Positions 1 to 8,920 of a DNA stretch of 30,056 nt are shown here, one piece after another. The notes beneath the pieces are model-generated. The model saw only the letters and a list, made by a program, of their open reading frames with translations, had not been told where the DNA came from and did no database searches. Each line of letters begins with the position of its first letter. Position 1 is the stretch's first letter. Origin of the DNA: an uncultured Candidatus Bathyarchaeia archaeon (GTDB lineage Archaea > Thermoproteota > Bathyarchaeia > Bathyarchaeales > Bathycorpusculaceae); contig CAYVGZ010000007.1 in NCBI GenBank assembly GCA_964450845.1, forward strand, positions 1-30,056. Reading direction: 5' to 3'. The translations under genes and the position numbers were made by a program.

Positions 1-2
1 AG

Positions 3-266
3 GAAGCTGAGAAGAAAGGCGAATTGGTGATGGCTGTAATAACGGAGATTAGGCGGGAAAAAGCAGAGAAGCGAAAACCATTAAACGCGCCAATAAAGAG
101 GGTGAAGATTTACGCGGGCAAAAGCGAATTTGGGCGAATAATCAGTGAAAACAAAGAAGCCATTGTTGGAACATGCAAAATCTCTCAACTTGAAATTTTG
201 TCCGAAAAAGGCAAGGGAAGAAAAGTCCAAGAAATTCCAGAAACCAGTTTCACCAGCGAGTATTAG
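3..266 (+). CDS. valS: Valyl-tRNA synthetase, C-terminal end (5'-partial)
   Basis: Frame is open from position 3 (EAEKKGELVMAVITEIRREKAEKRKPLNAPIKRVKIY...) and resembles the anticodon-binding C-terminus of archaeal ValRS. Catalytic motifs lie outside the window. Confidence 0.7.
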   Translation, partial: EAEKKGELVMAVITEIRREKAEKRKPLNAPIKRVKIYAGKSEFGRIISENKEAIVGTCKISQLEILSEKGKGRKVQEIPETSFTSEY

Positions 267-686
267 CCTTTTAGAAGGCAATCCTTATTTTCTCAACTAA
301 ACTCTAGTAGAATGCTGGTTATTTTGTCTTAAATTGCTTTCTTAAACTATAACAGTGAATTTAGTGTAGTTAGTGAATGTAAAGGATAAGACATACCATG
401 TAGAAAAAGAAGGTTACCAAGTTTTCTATACATGTTATAATACTGGGTATTTACATGACATTGTCTTGCAGTCTTTATAAAATGAGGAAGATTAGCATTC
501 AAGTATGTACTTCAAAGCTGTAAAGAATTTGGATTATGCGTTGTTCGTGTTGTTGGACTTATGGCTGTAATGAGGTGAATTATGGTTAATCTTTATCCGT
601 GTTTTAGTGATTTAACAGAGTGATAATCATGGCTAAGGTGATTAAGGTTTTCATAAGCCGTTTTTCCTAGAAGTAAAGTCTTAAAT

Positions 687-1175
687 ATGTATTTTGGGTT
701 ACACCTATTTGTAGTTGATGAGTTGAAGTTTTTACGTTTTTTCCTCAAGTTGCTGGCTACAGGGTTTGTTATGTTATTTTTGGGTCTTGTTGCACTTTCT
801 GAGGGAGCGGGTTATGAAACAACTGAGGTAAGCCATAGGACTCTAATTATTCGTCGTCGCACTTTTGATTATGGTCCTTATCATGGTGGTCGCGGAGAGA
901 TTGGGGTGGGTCATATTCTTTTTATATGCCATGTTGATGTCTCCCTTAACCCTTTTCTTTATCCTCTGAGTTATTTGATGGGGAATGGAAAGAGTTCGTG
1001 CACCTCCTCAGCGGCTACTTGTCCCTTACTTACGAATCTTAAAGATGAAGCGATGAATAGTGCTAAATTTGGAGCAGTGTTTCCAGAGTTCTTGAGGAAT
1101 CTTGCGTACATCTTTTTTATTGGGTTTTTGATAGTATCAGTCATAGAGAAATTGTACCACAAAGTTCTTTTCTAA
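687..1175 (+). CDS. Hypothetical membrane protein
   Basis: 162-aa ORF with hydrophobic segments near the N-terminus (LLATGFVMLFLGLVAL) and C-terminus (LAYIFFIGFLIVSVI). No recognisable family; lies in an AT-rich stretch. Confidence 0.4.
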   Translation: MYFGLHLFVVDELKFLRFFLKLLATGFVMLFLGLVALSEGAGYETTEVSHRTLIIRRRTFDYGPYHGGRGEIGVGHILFICHVDVSLNPFLYPLSYLMGNGKSSCTSSAATCPLLTNLKDEAMNSAKFGAVFPEFLRNLAYIFFIGFLIVSVIEKLYHKVLF

Positions 1176-1309
1176 ACTTGACCTAGTCGAAGAGTAGACT
1201 GTTTCCGAGTTCTATATAGTATGTTGTTTGCTATTTGGCTAGGCATGTATGATGTTTTAAAGCACATTATGGGAATTGAAAAATACGTCTTAAAACATTT
1301 TATTTGATG

Positions 1310-1878
1310 TTAGCTTAAACCTTCCAAAAAAGAACCAGCGTAAGAGACTAATTCAGAGTTTATAGACACTCCATAGATTGGCGTCTTGCTAATCAAGCCC
1401 ATATATTTCTTTATCGTTCCCATTGGGCGGTCTTCACGACTTGAAAGAAGAATAGCAAGCCTGGAAGCGTCATCCTCAGAGCCTAACCTATGCACATGCT
1501 CTGATGTGAAAAAGTTTGCCTGTCCTTTCTTAACCAGCATCCAATCTTCAACGTAATGTTTGGCGTTCGAAAACTTGCGTTTCACGAACGGCAGAAGATT
1601 CGGCGGCACATGCATGATGAAGTGGTTCTCGGGTGGTATTCAATCAATTTTTTTGCTATGTCATTTTCACATTCTAAGACTATGCTTAGAAAATCTAGAG
1701 CCGTGTAGACGAGAATGTATCCTTTTAAGTTGCCATTTTTTGAAGCTGCATACATGGTTGTGTATTCAGGTTCGTATTGAATATCGTAAAACGCGAAAAC
1801 ATGCTTTATAACATCTAACCTAAGCGAATCAATTACCCTTTGTTTATTGTTCTCAACAACCTTCTCTACAACGATCAT
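1310..1878 (-). pseudogene. GNAT-like acetyltransferase, frameshifted (~1635) and 3'-truncated
   Basis: ORFs 1582..1878 and 1310..1615 join if one base is added at GAA TAC -CA CCC GAG AAC CAC TTC ATC ATG (EY?PENHFIMHVPP). The reading ends at LVSYAGSFLEGLS*, before the acetyl-CoA binding motif expected in a full GNAT domain. Confidence 0.6.
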
Positions 1879-2563
1879 AAGGCTTCCTCTTTTCCGCTTG
1901 GATAATCATTAGAATCTCGCCTAAAGATTGAACAATAAAATCTGCTTCGCAATCCGTTTCCTCAAGGCTTCGTTTAACAAGAATAGAGGTTCCTTTGGCA
2001 CTCTTAGCAGCTAACACATCGTGAACTAAATCGCCAACCATGAAGAAGCTCTTTACGTCAAGCTTTTTTAGGGCTAATAAGATGCCTTCGGGATCAGGTT
2101 TCAATTTCTTGACTTTTTCCCTCGTAATGACAACGTCAAAATACATTTCTAAGCCATGAAGCTGGAAAACAGTGTCCACCGCTTTCATCGAGGTATTGGT
2201 GACAAGCCCCATTTTCAGTCCAAGCTTTCTCAGCTTTTTCAATGTGGGGATAGTTTCTGGAAAGAGCTTTGACTTCTCGGCTGAGTCTAGCTCATATCGG
2301 GTGAGGAACTTTTCCATTTTTTGATAAATTTTTTCGGCGTCTGCTTTGGTAAGGTTCTTTTCTATGTATTCAGTGGCTTTGTTACGCATTATAGTGGCAC
2401 GTTCTATTCCTTCAAGCACGCTAGACGGGATACCGAGCTCTAGTAGTTTCTCTCTTGTTTTGCGTCTAAACTCTATAACACGTTGGTAGTTTGCCCACTG
2501 GGTCTGGATTAACGTGTCTTCCAAATCGAACAACACTGCTAAGGCGCAGTCATTTCTGACCAT
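1853..2563 (-). CDS. HAD-superfamily hydrolase (phosphoglycolate phosphatase-like)
   Basis: Motif I LFDLEDT, motif II VTNT, motif III KKLKPDP, motif IV VGDLVHD. Start placed at ATG 2563 (MVRND), overlapping the upstream stop. Confidence 0.88.
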   Translation of the reverse strand: MVRNDCALAVLFDLEDTLIQTQWANYQRVIEFRRKTREKLLELGIPSSVLEGIERATIMRNKATEYIEKNLTKADAEKIYQKMEKFLTRYELDSAEKSKLFPETIPTLKKLRKLGLKMGLVTNTSMKAVDTVFQLHGLEMYFDVVITREKVKKLKPDPEGILLALKKLDVKSFFMVGDLVHDVLAAKSAKGTSILVKRSLEETDCEADFIVQSLGEILMIIQAEKRKPYDRCREGC

Positions 2564-3692
2564 TTTTGATTTCTTCCATAAACTTGTCAATTTCCTCTTC
2601 TGTGTTGTAAAAGTGTGGTGAAACCCTTAACCCATGAGCCCTAGCGGAAACAATTATGCCTTTGCGGTTTAGGCTTTCGGCAGTTTCTTTCGTTTTGTCT
2701 ATTTTAAAGTTGACTATGCCTGAGCGATATTGTTGTTCTTCTGGTGTTTGCAGCTTCAACCCCAAACTCTTAACAGACTCTATTAAATGGTCTGTTATTT
2801 TCAATATTTTCTTTTCAATGTTTTCGACGCCAAAATTCAACAGCATTTTTAATGCTTCTGCGGCGCCTGTGAGGCTTATGAAGCTTGGTGAACCAACTTC
2901 AAAACGGCTTGCAGTTTCCGAAAGCCTTAGGCTCCAAATGTCCCAAAAATCTAGCGTCTCGAAAACCTCTGGTTTTACACTTGCCCAGCCAACAAATGGC
3001 GGCTCAAACTTTTCTATAAGCTCTTTCTTAACGTATAGATAGCCTGCTCCTGGCGGGCTTAGAAGCCATTTGTAGCAGGCTGTTGTTAGAAAATCAACAT
3101 TATCTTTTTTAACGTCTATTTGCATGGCGCCAGCGGATTGAATTGCGTCAACAATTAAGTAGGCTCCGTGTTCGTGGGCTATTTCGCTTAAAGCTTGCAG
3201 GTCATGGCGGAAACCGTTAACATATTCAACGTGGCTTACGGCAACAGCCACAGTTTTATCATCAACAGCCCTCTCCATGTCCTCCAACAAGATTTTTCCA
3301 TCAACATTTTTCACGTAGTGGACTTTCACGCCTAGGCTTTTGCGTAGCCAAGGATAAACCACTGAGGGATATTCCAAATCTGTTGTGACTATTTTTGAAT
3401 CTGATGGGTAATGAAGTACGTTCGCAGCTATGTTCATGCCTACGGAAGTGTTTTCGACAAAGGCTATTTCCTCTGGTTTAGCCCGAATTAGTTTTGCGAA
3501 GAATGGTTTTCCACCATCGTTCCATTCAATCGAAGTTGTTCCGAAATTCGAGAAATCGTCGGCAAATTTGCGAACAGCATCTGCAACTGGCTTTGGAAGA
3601 GGCGATTGTGCAGCGTGATTCAGAAAAATCTTGTTTTTTGTTATTGGAAATTGTTCACGAGTCATGTGTATGTTTTCCATGTGAGGACACAT
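2550..3692 (-). CDS. Class V PLP-dependent enzyme (SufS/kynureninase-like fold)
   Basis: FLNHAAQSP, EYPS, DAIQSAG, PLP lysine in ACYKWLLSPPGAG, C-terminal LRVSPHFYN. True start may be ATG 3680 or 3665. Confidence 0.9.
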   Translation of the reverse strand: MCPHMENIHMTREQFPITKNKIFLNHAAQSPLPKPVADAVRKFADDFSNFGTTSIEWNDGGKPFFAKLIRAKPEEIAFVENTSVGMNIAANVLHYPSDSKIVTTDLEYPSVVYPWLRKSLGVKVHYVKNVDGKILLEDMERAVDDKTVAVAVSHVEYVNGFRHDLQALSEIAHEHGAYLIVDAIQSAGAMQIDVKKDNVDFLTTACYKWLLSPPGAGYLYVKKELIEKFEPPFVGWASVKPEVFETLDFWDIWSLRLSETASRFEVGSPSFISLTGAAEALKMLLNFGVENIEKKILKITDHLIESVKSLGLKLQTPEEQQYRSGIVNFKIDKTKETAESLNRKGIIVSARAHGLRVSPHFYNTEEEIDKFMEEIKNGQK

Positions 3693-3753
3693 CTAGCATT
3701 TCAGTGGTAACCCTAAATAGTGGTGTTAAGTATTAAAGTTTCGAGGGTTGCAG

Positions 3754-4106
3754 TTGAGTGAAAAAGATATGATTGTGGTTACGACGCCAAATTTGCCCAC
3801 ATATGAAATAGTCAAGGTTTTGGGCACGATTCAGGCTTAACGGTGCGAACTAGAGGGGTTGGTGGAAAATTCGTTGCGGGCATTGAGGGAATTTTTGGAG
3901 GCGAAGTAACGGCTTATACTTCAGAGTGTGAAAAGGCTAGACGGGAATCATTAAGTAGGCTTATTGAAAATGCGAAAAGGATTGGTGCAAATGCCGTTTT
4001 AAGTGTGGATTTTGAAACAGCCGACATACTCAATGGAACAGCCACTGTCTTCTCAGCTTATGGAACAGCAGTCATCGCAAAACCAATAGAGAAAAGTTTT
4101 AAATGA
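3754..4106 (+). pseudogene. YbjQ/UPF0145 family protein with apparent 1-bp deletion (~3833-3835)
   Basis: TTG 3754/ATG 3769 gives MIVVTTPNLPTYEIVKVLGTIQA*. Adding one base (ATT CA- GGC TTA ACG GTG CGA) joins it to GLTVRTRGVGGKF...GANAVLSVDFE...AYGTAV, a typical YbjQ sequence. May be an assembly error. Confidence 0.85.
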
Positions 4107-4144
4107 CCTAGTCAAATAGTTTGTTTCCTTTGAGATGATTACAT

Positions 4145-5968
4145 TTGAACGGGAAAAAGCATACAATTGATATTTTGTCGAAAATCCCGCAAATTTATCT
4201 GCCAACAGTAAGTCATTTAAAAGACAAGGTAGCCTTTTACTGGGATAAAACTGGCATACTAGAATTGTATATAGCGGATTTGAAAACTAACGAAATACGA
4301 CAAGTGAGCCACGGTGAATGCCCTAGAGCCATACGAGCTGGATTTGTCTGGACAAGAGACGACGAAAACCTCATTTTTGCAAAGGACAAGGACGGCGACG
4401 AAAACCATAATCTCATAAAAATCAATGTCAGATCTGGGAAGACTGAGCCGCTTACTGATACTGCCGGATGCCAAAACTATGCCGCTGACACAAGCCCAGA
4501 TGGTAAACACTTGGCAATTATTTCAACAAGAAAGGGTCAGCTTAACCTCTTCAGATTAGACATTAAGAGTAAAGAAGTGAATCAATTAACCAATCATGTA
4601 AACCCAACTTGGGGCGGCTGTTGTTGGAATCCGGAATACGATTGGATAGCCTATAATGTGAATGAAACTAAAGATTTGCGAAACTTGGACATATGGCTTG
4701 TGAAACCAGACGGAAGCGAGAAGAAAAGGATAGTGTGCGTAAAAGAGGGTTCTAAAGACCTAGTGACTGAATGGAGCAAAGATGGCAAACTAGTTGCCTT
4801 CACTACGGATGCAAACAAGGTGAAACAGCCCGGCGTCTACAACCTTGAAACGAAAGAGATAAAACTTCTAGGTGGCAAGTGTGAAGAAACTGCTGCAGGT
4901 TTTTCCGAAAATGGAAAAAAACTTGTATGTTTGAGGAATTATGAAGCGACAGTTTTTCCAGTCGTTTATGACATTGAAACTGGAAAGTGTGAAGAGACAA
5001 GGTTTCCAAAAGGCGTGGCGGGAGGCGTTCAATACGCATTAAACGATCAGCTTTTGATAGCGCCTTTGAACACTCCGACGGTTCCAAGCGCTCTAGTTGC
5101 CTACGATCTTAAGAATAGAACTATAAAATACTTGGTTGAACCGCAATATGGAAACGCAGACCCAGAGTTCTTTGTGACACCAGAATATATTAAGTACAAG
5201 TCCTCTGACGGACTGGAGATTCCCGCTATACTCTACAAACCTAAGAACATTCCTAAAGGAAAGATTCTTCCAACGCTTATTATGCCTCATGGCGGACCAA
5301 CTGGTCAGTATTTCTTTGATTTCGATATGATTGGGCAGATTCTGGCGAATGAAGACTATGTTCTGCTGTTGCCAAACGTTAGGGGAAGCACTGGATATGG
5401 GAGAAAGTTTCAAGACATGAACCTTATGGATTGGGGAGGAAAAGACCTCGGAGATGTTGCCTCCGGAGCCAACTATCTCAAATCTTTGCCATACGTGGAT
5501 AAGATGCGGATAGGCGTCTTTGGTGGAAGTTATGGAGGCTTCATGACTTTTCTGGCAGTTACTAAAAAGCCTGAGTTATGGGCTGCCGCATGTGCGTGGA
5601 TAGGAATTTCACATCTTAGAAAATTCTATGAGCGTTCACAACCACATTTCAAATATTTCATCAGAATGCATATGGGAGATCCTGAAAAGAATTCGAAGCT
5701 GTGGGAAGACAGAAGTGCATTAAACTTTGCACAGAATATTAAGTGTCCAATTTTGATGATTCACGGTGTACATGATCCAAGATGTCCAGTTGAAGAAAGC
5801 AGGCAATTCAGAGATAAGCTGGTTGAATTGGGCAAAAAGGAAGGAGAAGACTTTGAGTACGTTGAATTTGGTGAAGAAGGGCATGGCGCTTACACAGATA
5901 TGTCAATGCGTACTCGAACTCTCAAAATACTTCTCGATTTCTTTAACCGCAGACTAAAAAAAGCCTAG
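4145..5968 (+). CDS. S9 family serine peptidase (acylaminoacyl-peptidase/prolyl oligopeptidase-like)
   Basis: N-terminal beta-propeller-like repeats, HGGP, NVRGSTGYG, nucleophile GGSYGG, Asp in HDPRC, His in EEGHG. Confidence 0.93.
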   Translation: MNGKKHTIDILSKIPQIYLPTVSHLKDKVAFYWDKTGILELYIADLKTNEIRQVSHGECPRAIRAGFVWTRDDENLIFAKDKDGDENHNLIKINVRSGKTEPLTDTAGCQNYAADTSPDGKHLAIISTRKGQLNLFRLDIKSKEVNQLTNHVNPTWGGCCWNPEYDWIAYNVNETKDLRNLDIWLVKPDGSEKKRIVCVKEGSKDLVTEWSKDGKLVAFTTDANKVKQPGVYNLETKEIKLLGGKCEETAAGFSENGKKLVCLRNYEATVFPVVYDIETGKCEETRFPKGVAGGVQYALNDQLLIAPLNTPTVPSALVAYDLKNRTIKYLVEPQYGNADPEFFVTPEYIKYKSSDGLEIPAILYKPKNIPKGKILPTLIMPHGGPTGQYFFDFDMIGQILANEDYVLLLPNVRGSTGYGRKFQDMNLMDWGGKDLGDVASGANYLKSLPYVDKMRIGVFGGSYGGFMTFLAVTKKPELWAAACAWIGISHLRKFYERSQPHFKYFIRMHMGDPEKNSKLWEDRSALNFAQNIKCPILMIHGVHDPRCPVEESRQFRDKLVELGKKEGEDFEYVEFGEEGHGAYTDMSMRTRTLKILLDFFNRRLKKA

Positions 5969-5989
5969 AAACCCGTGTCTTATCCAATC

Positions 5990-7063
5990 CTATCTGAAAC
6001 ATGCCCATTTTTTCTTTAATAGACTCCTTAACTCTTCAATTGTGCTTTCAACCTTTTTTCGGCAGAAGGGTGGCTCTTGCGGCGGATTATAAGGGTCTTT
6101 AACATTAATTTCTTTTAAACCCACTACGCCGGCAACAAGTGCATACCAACAGAGCGGCAAAACTTGAGGGTTGTATCCGCTTCCAGGCATCAAAACAAGT
6201 TTTCCACTGCAGACTTTGTCAGCAGTTTTCCTAATTAGGCTGGATATTTCAAAGAAGCCTTTAACTGTCAAACTTAAATCGCCGAGCATGTCTGCAAAAT
6301 GCGGGTCACTTCCACCATTTGCAATAATGATTTCGGGCTTAAACTCTTCAACCAAAGGAACAAAAATCTCTTTTAAGGCGTAGAGATATGTGCTGTCGCC
6401 AGTTTCAGGCGGCAGAGGCACGTTGACATTGCAGCCTTCTCCTGCGCCTTCTCCAATTTGCCAAGTAAATCCTGTTCCTGGATAGATTGTGCGTGGGTCT
6501 TGATGCAACGAAATATACAGCACACTGGGGTCTCGGTAGTAGATGTCGCTTGTGCCGTTTCCAAAGTGAACGTCATAATCCAATATTAGAAACCGTTTAA
6601 CACCATACTTGGCTCTTAGATGCTCGACTAAAATGGCTATGTCGTTGAATATGCAGAATCCGCCGCCATAGTTTCTTCCTGCATGATGATAGCCACCTCC
6701 TATGGAAATCGCACGTTTTGCTTCTCCCTCAAACACAGCCTCACCGCATCGAATTGCACCACCTGCAATGAGCAGCGCGGCTTCAAGGATTTCGGGAGAA
6801 ACGAGAGTCTCAATATCATATGGCTTGCTTTCCTTTGCCAAACGAAAAATCAAATCAACATAACCAACATCATGTACCCTTAACAAGCTTTCCCTTGACG
6901 CTGGCTGAGGGACATCAAGAGTAATTTGAGAAAGACTAAACAAGTCTTGACTTTCGAAGAACTTCATTGCATTCTTAAACCTGTCTCCTCTGAAGGGATG
7001 ACCTTCGCCTAAGTCATACTGCTTAAACTTTTCATGAAAAGTCAATATTATTTTCTCGGCCAC
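5990..7063 (-). CDS. Histone deacetylase family protein (AcuC-like Zn-dependent deacetylase)
   Basis: GGGYHHAG, GGFCIFND, DYDVHFGNGT, GSDPH, GSGY motifs. Start placed at GTG 7063 behind an AGGAG SD-like motif. Confidence 0.93.
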   Translation of the reverse strand: MAEKIILTFHEKFKQYDLGEGHPFRGDRFKNAMKFFESQDLFSLSQITLDVPQPASRESLLRVHDVGYVDLIFRLAKESKPYDIETLVSPEILEAALLIAGGAIRCGEAVFEGEAKRAISIGGGYHHAGRNYGGGFCIFNDIAILVEHLRAKYGVKRFLILDYDVHFGNGTSDIYYRDPSVLYISLHQDPRTIYPGTGFTWQIGEGAGEGCNVNVPLPPETGDSTYLYALKEIFVPLVEEFKPEIIIANGGSDPHFADMLGDLSLTVKGFFEISSLIRKTADKVCSGKLVLMPGSGYNPQVLPLCWYALVAGVVGLKEINVKDPYNPPQEPPFCRKKVESTIEELRSLLKKKWACFR

Positions 7064-7164
7064 GCATGCTACTCCTAAATCAAGATAATAGCGATTAGTC
7101 ATATAAAACTCGATATTATCTAAGCTTATTAAATAGAAAAAGGGAAGATTGTTAATCTTTTTTG

Positions 7165-7809
7165 TTACGCCTCTTGTTTTTCCTCGCCTTCCGCTACCGT
7201 CTCCGTCGGTTGCGCTTCTTCCGTATTTTGCGACGTTTCCTGCGGGTTTTCCTGTTGAGCCTGAAAGGAATCTACTTCCTTAACTTCAATAGGCTCCACT
7301 GGTGGCTCAGGCAATTTTTCTTCAGCAACTTCAACTTTCGGCTCAGAAACTTCAGTTTCTGCAGGTTGCGGTTCCATTTTCTGCTCTACAACTACTACTT
7401 CGGTTGACGAAATTTGCATGCCGCTTGAAAGCTGGTTCACAGCTTCTCTGACCACGTCTAGCTCTTGTTTTGCAGTGTCAATTCCCATCGATAGAATATT
7501 GATTTCACGTTGATAAACTTCCTCATCTACTTCGCCAGTCACATGCTGAATTTCAAAGTTTGCAAGAAGCATCTCCAACGTTTTAATCTGCGCTTCAAGC
7601 TCCTCCATTTTAGAATTCATCTTCTCCAGCAAAGCCTTCTCCTGTCTTTCAATTTCTGCAATGGCTTCATCTATCTCATTGCTAAACAGATCATACGTGG
7701 ACTGAGAAATTCTCCCAGTGTTAAGCAAATTGTCTAAAGCTTGCTTCTTCTTCTTCGCCATCTCATTTTCTTCGCTTAATTTCCTAAAAGAATGCTTCCA
7801 CGAAATCAA
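7165..7809 (-). CDS. CdvA-like coiled-coil protein with acidic low-complexity tail
   Basis: Long coiled-coil with LEMLLANFEIQHVTGEVDEEVYQREINILSMGI, recalling the CdvA coiled-coil domain, followed by an E/P/Q/T-rich tail. Probable start is TTG 7809. No N-terminal PRC barrel is evident. Confidence 0.6.
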   Translation of the reverse strand: MISWKHSFRKLSEENEMAKKKKQALDNLLNTGRISQSTYDLFSNEIDEAIAEIERQEKALLEKMNSKMEELEAQIKTLEMLLANFEIQHVTGEVDEEVYQREINILSMGIDTAKQELDVVREAVNQLSSGMQISSTEVVVVEQKMEPQPAETEVSEPKVEVAEEKLPEPPVEPIEVKEVDSFQAQQENPQETSQNTEEAQPTETVAEGEEKQEA

Positions 7810-8108
7810 TTTTAACACCGTCCATTTTTTAGCCGCAAAACAAGGAAATAACATTTATTAACATGCACATATATCGCTAACTGTTAAAAACAGCAGTTTT
7901 TATCTTTTAAATGAAAAATTATGTTTAAAAACAAAATACTCCCTGAACTTTTTATATAATTGAATATTGAAACATTTCACCCACCAGCAAAAACATCATG
8001 GGCTTTCATAACATAACTACCTCATGTTTAGGCGCCTTTCTTGTAAGACCCTCTCCATGTGTTTACTAAGAAAACCTATGCGCCTTCATAAAAGCTTATG
8101 GAAAAGAA

Positions 8109-8172
8109 AAAAGTTTAAACTTTTAAGTTTCTGTTTCAACTTCTAATTCGGAATTAGAATAAAATTTAAATA
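8109..8172 (+). promoter_or_regulatory. Palindromes plus TATA-like box upstream of padR
   Basis: Perfect palindrome AAAAGTTTAAACTTTT (8109-8124), inverted repeat TTCTAATTC-G-GAATTAGAA (8141-8159), and TTTAAATA (8165-8172) 37 bp before the ATG. Confidence 0.45.
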
Positions 8173-8208
8173 TCTATATCTTACAAAAATGTTAAAACGT
8201 GAATAAAC

Positions 8209-8580
8209 ATGACGGCTCTGACAATCATTCTTAGCGGTGAAAAGTTGGAAGCAAAAACATTAAAAAAAATGCATGAAAGAATAATCAAAAACTTTATGGA
8301 CATAATAATTCTGGCCGAACTGAGAAATGGACCAATTAGCGGCTACGACGTAATATCGTTTATTCACACCAAATTCCACCTTCTTGTAAGTTCAGGCACA
8401 GTATACTCACTCCTATACTCGCTAGAAAGAAACGGGCTAATCGAAGGAACATGGAACGAAAGAAAAAGAGTCTACAAACTCACGGAAAAAGGCAAAAAAA
8501 CAATCGAAACAATCCTAAACGCAAACGACAAAATCCAAAACTTCATAACAGCCCTCCTAAAAGTCCAATCCACCCACTAA
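8209..8580 (+). CDS. PadR-family winged-helix transcriptional regulator (short type)
   Basis: SGYDVI...SSGTVYSLLYSLERNGLI...RKRVYKLTEKG is the PadR wHTH pattern. Confidence 0.88.
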   Translation: MTALTIILSGEKLEAKTLKKMHERIIKNFMDIIILAELRNGPISGYDVISFIHTKFHLLVSSGTVYSLLYSLERNGLIEGTWNERKRVYKLTEKGKKTIETILNANDKIQNFITALLKVQSTH

Positions 8581-8697
8581 ACCTTTTTTGCAACCCAAAC
8601 GAATCGAAAAACTAAAGAACACCTTTACCGCTTTTCTTAAGAGCGAAATAAAAAGGTAGGGCCCGTAGCTCAGTAAGGATAGAGCACCGGGCTTTTA

Positions 8698-8713
8698 AGC
8701 AAAAAGCGAAGAT
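8698..8713 (+). other. 16-nt canonical tRNA intron (37/38)
   Basis: BHB: helix CUUU/GAAG, bulges UA|A and AU|A, inner GC-AAAAA-GC stem. Confidence 0.88.
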
Positions 8714-8734
8714 ACCCGGGGGTCCCGGGTTCAA

Positions 8735-8765
8735 ACTTGAAGGGTTTGCACCTTTCAGGGGACAA
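8735..8765 (+). other. 31-nt non-canonical T-loop tRNA intron (58/59)
   Basis: BHB: helix GUUC/GGAC, bulges AA|A and AA|U, inner 10-bp stem CUUGAAGGGU/ACCUUUCAGG (two G-U pairs) with UUGC loop. Confidence 0.85.
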
Positions 8766-8920
8766 TTCCCGGCGGGCCCGCCAAAAATTCTTACCAGAAA
8801 GCCCAGTTTCTTTGACATTTTTTTATAAAAAACGAAAAATCTTGGAGTCGAAAAAGCATCCTTTATAGTAATATTCATGATTGCGGAATATTTGTTAAAG
8901 TATATGCATTTTATAAATAC

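Larger units (their letters stand above)
8659..8783 (+). tRNA. tRNA-Lys(UUU) with two introns (37/38 and 58/59), CCA encoded
   Basis: Removing 8698-8713 and 8735-8765 gives a full cloverleaf: acceptor GGGCCCG/CGGGCCC, D stem GCTC/GAGC, anticodon arm CCGGG-CTTTTAA-CCCGG, T arm CCGGG-TTCAATT-CCCGG, then G73 and CCA. Confidence 0.93.

Noticed and set aside
2550-3692. Annotation as cysteine desulfurase SufS/IscS
   Set aside because: The catalytic Cys loop is absent.
8612-8878. 88-aa minus-strand ORF
   Set aside because: Antisense shadow of the tRNA-Lys gene with no protein motifs.
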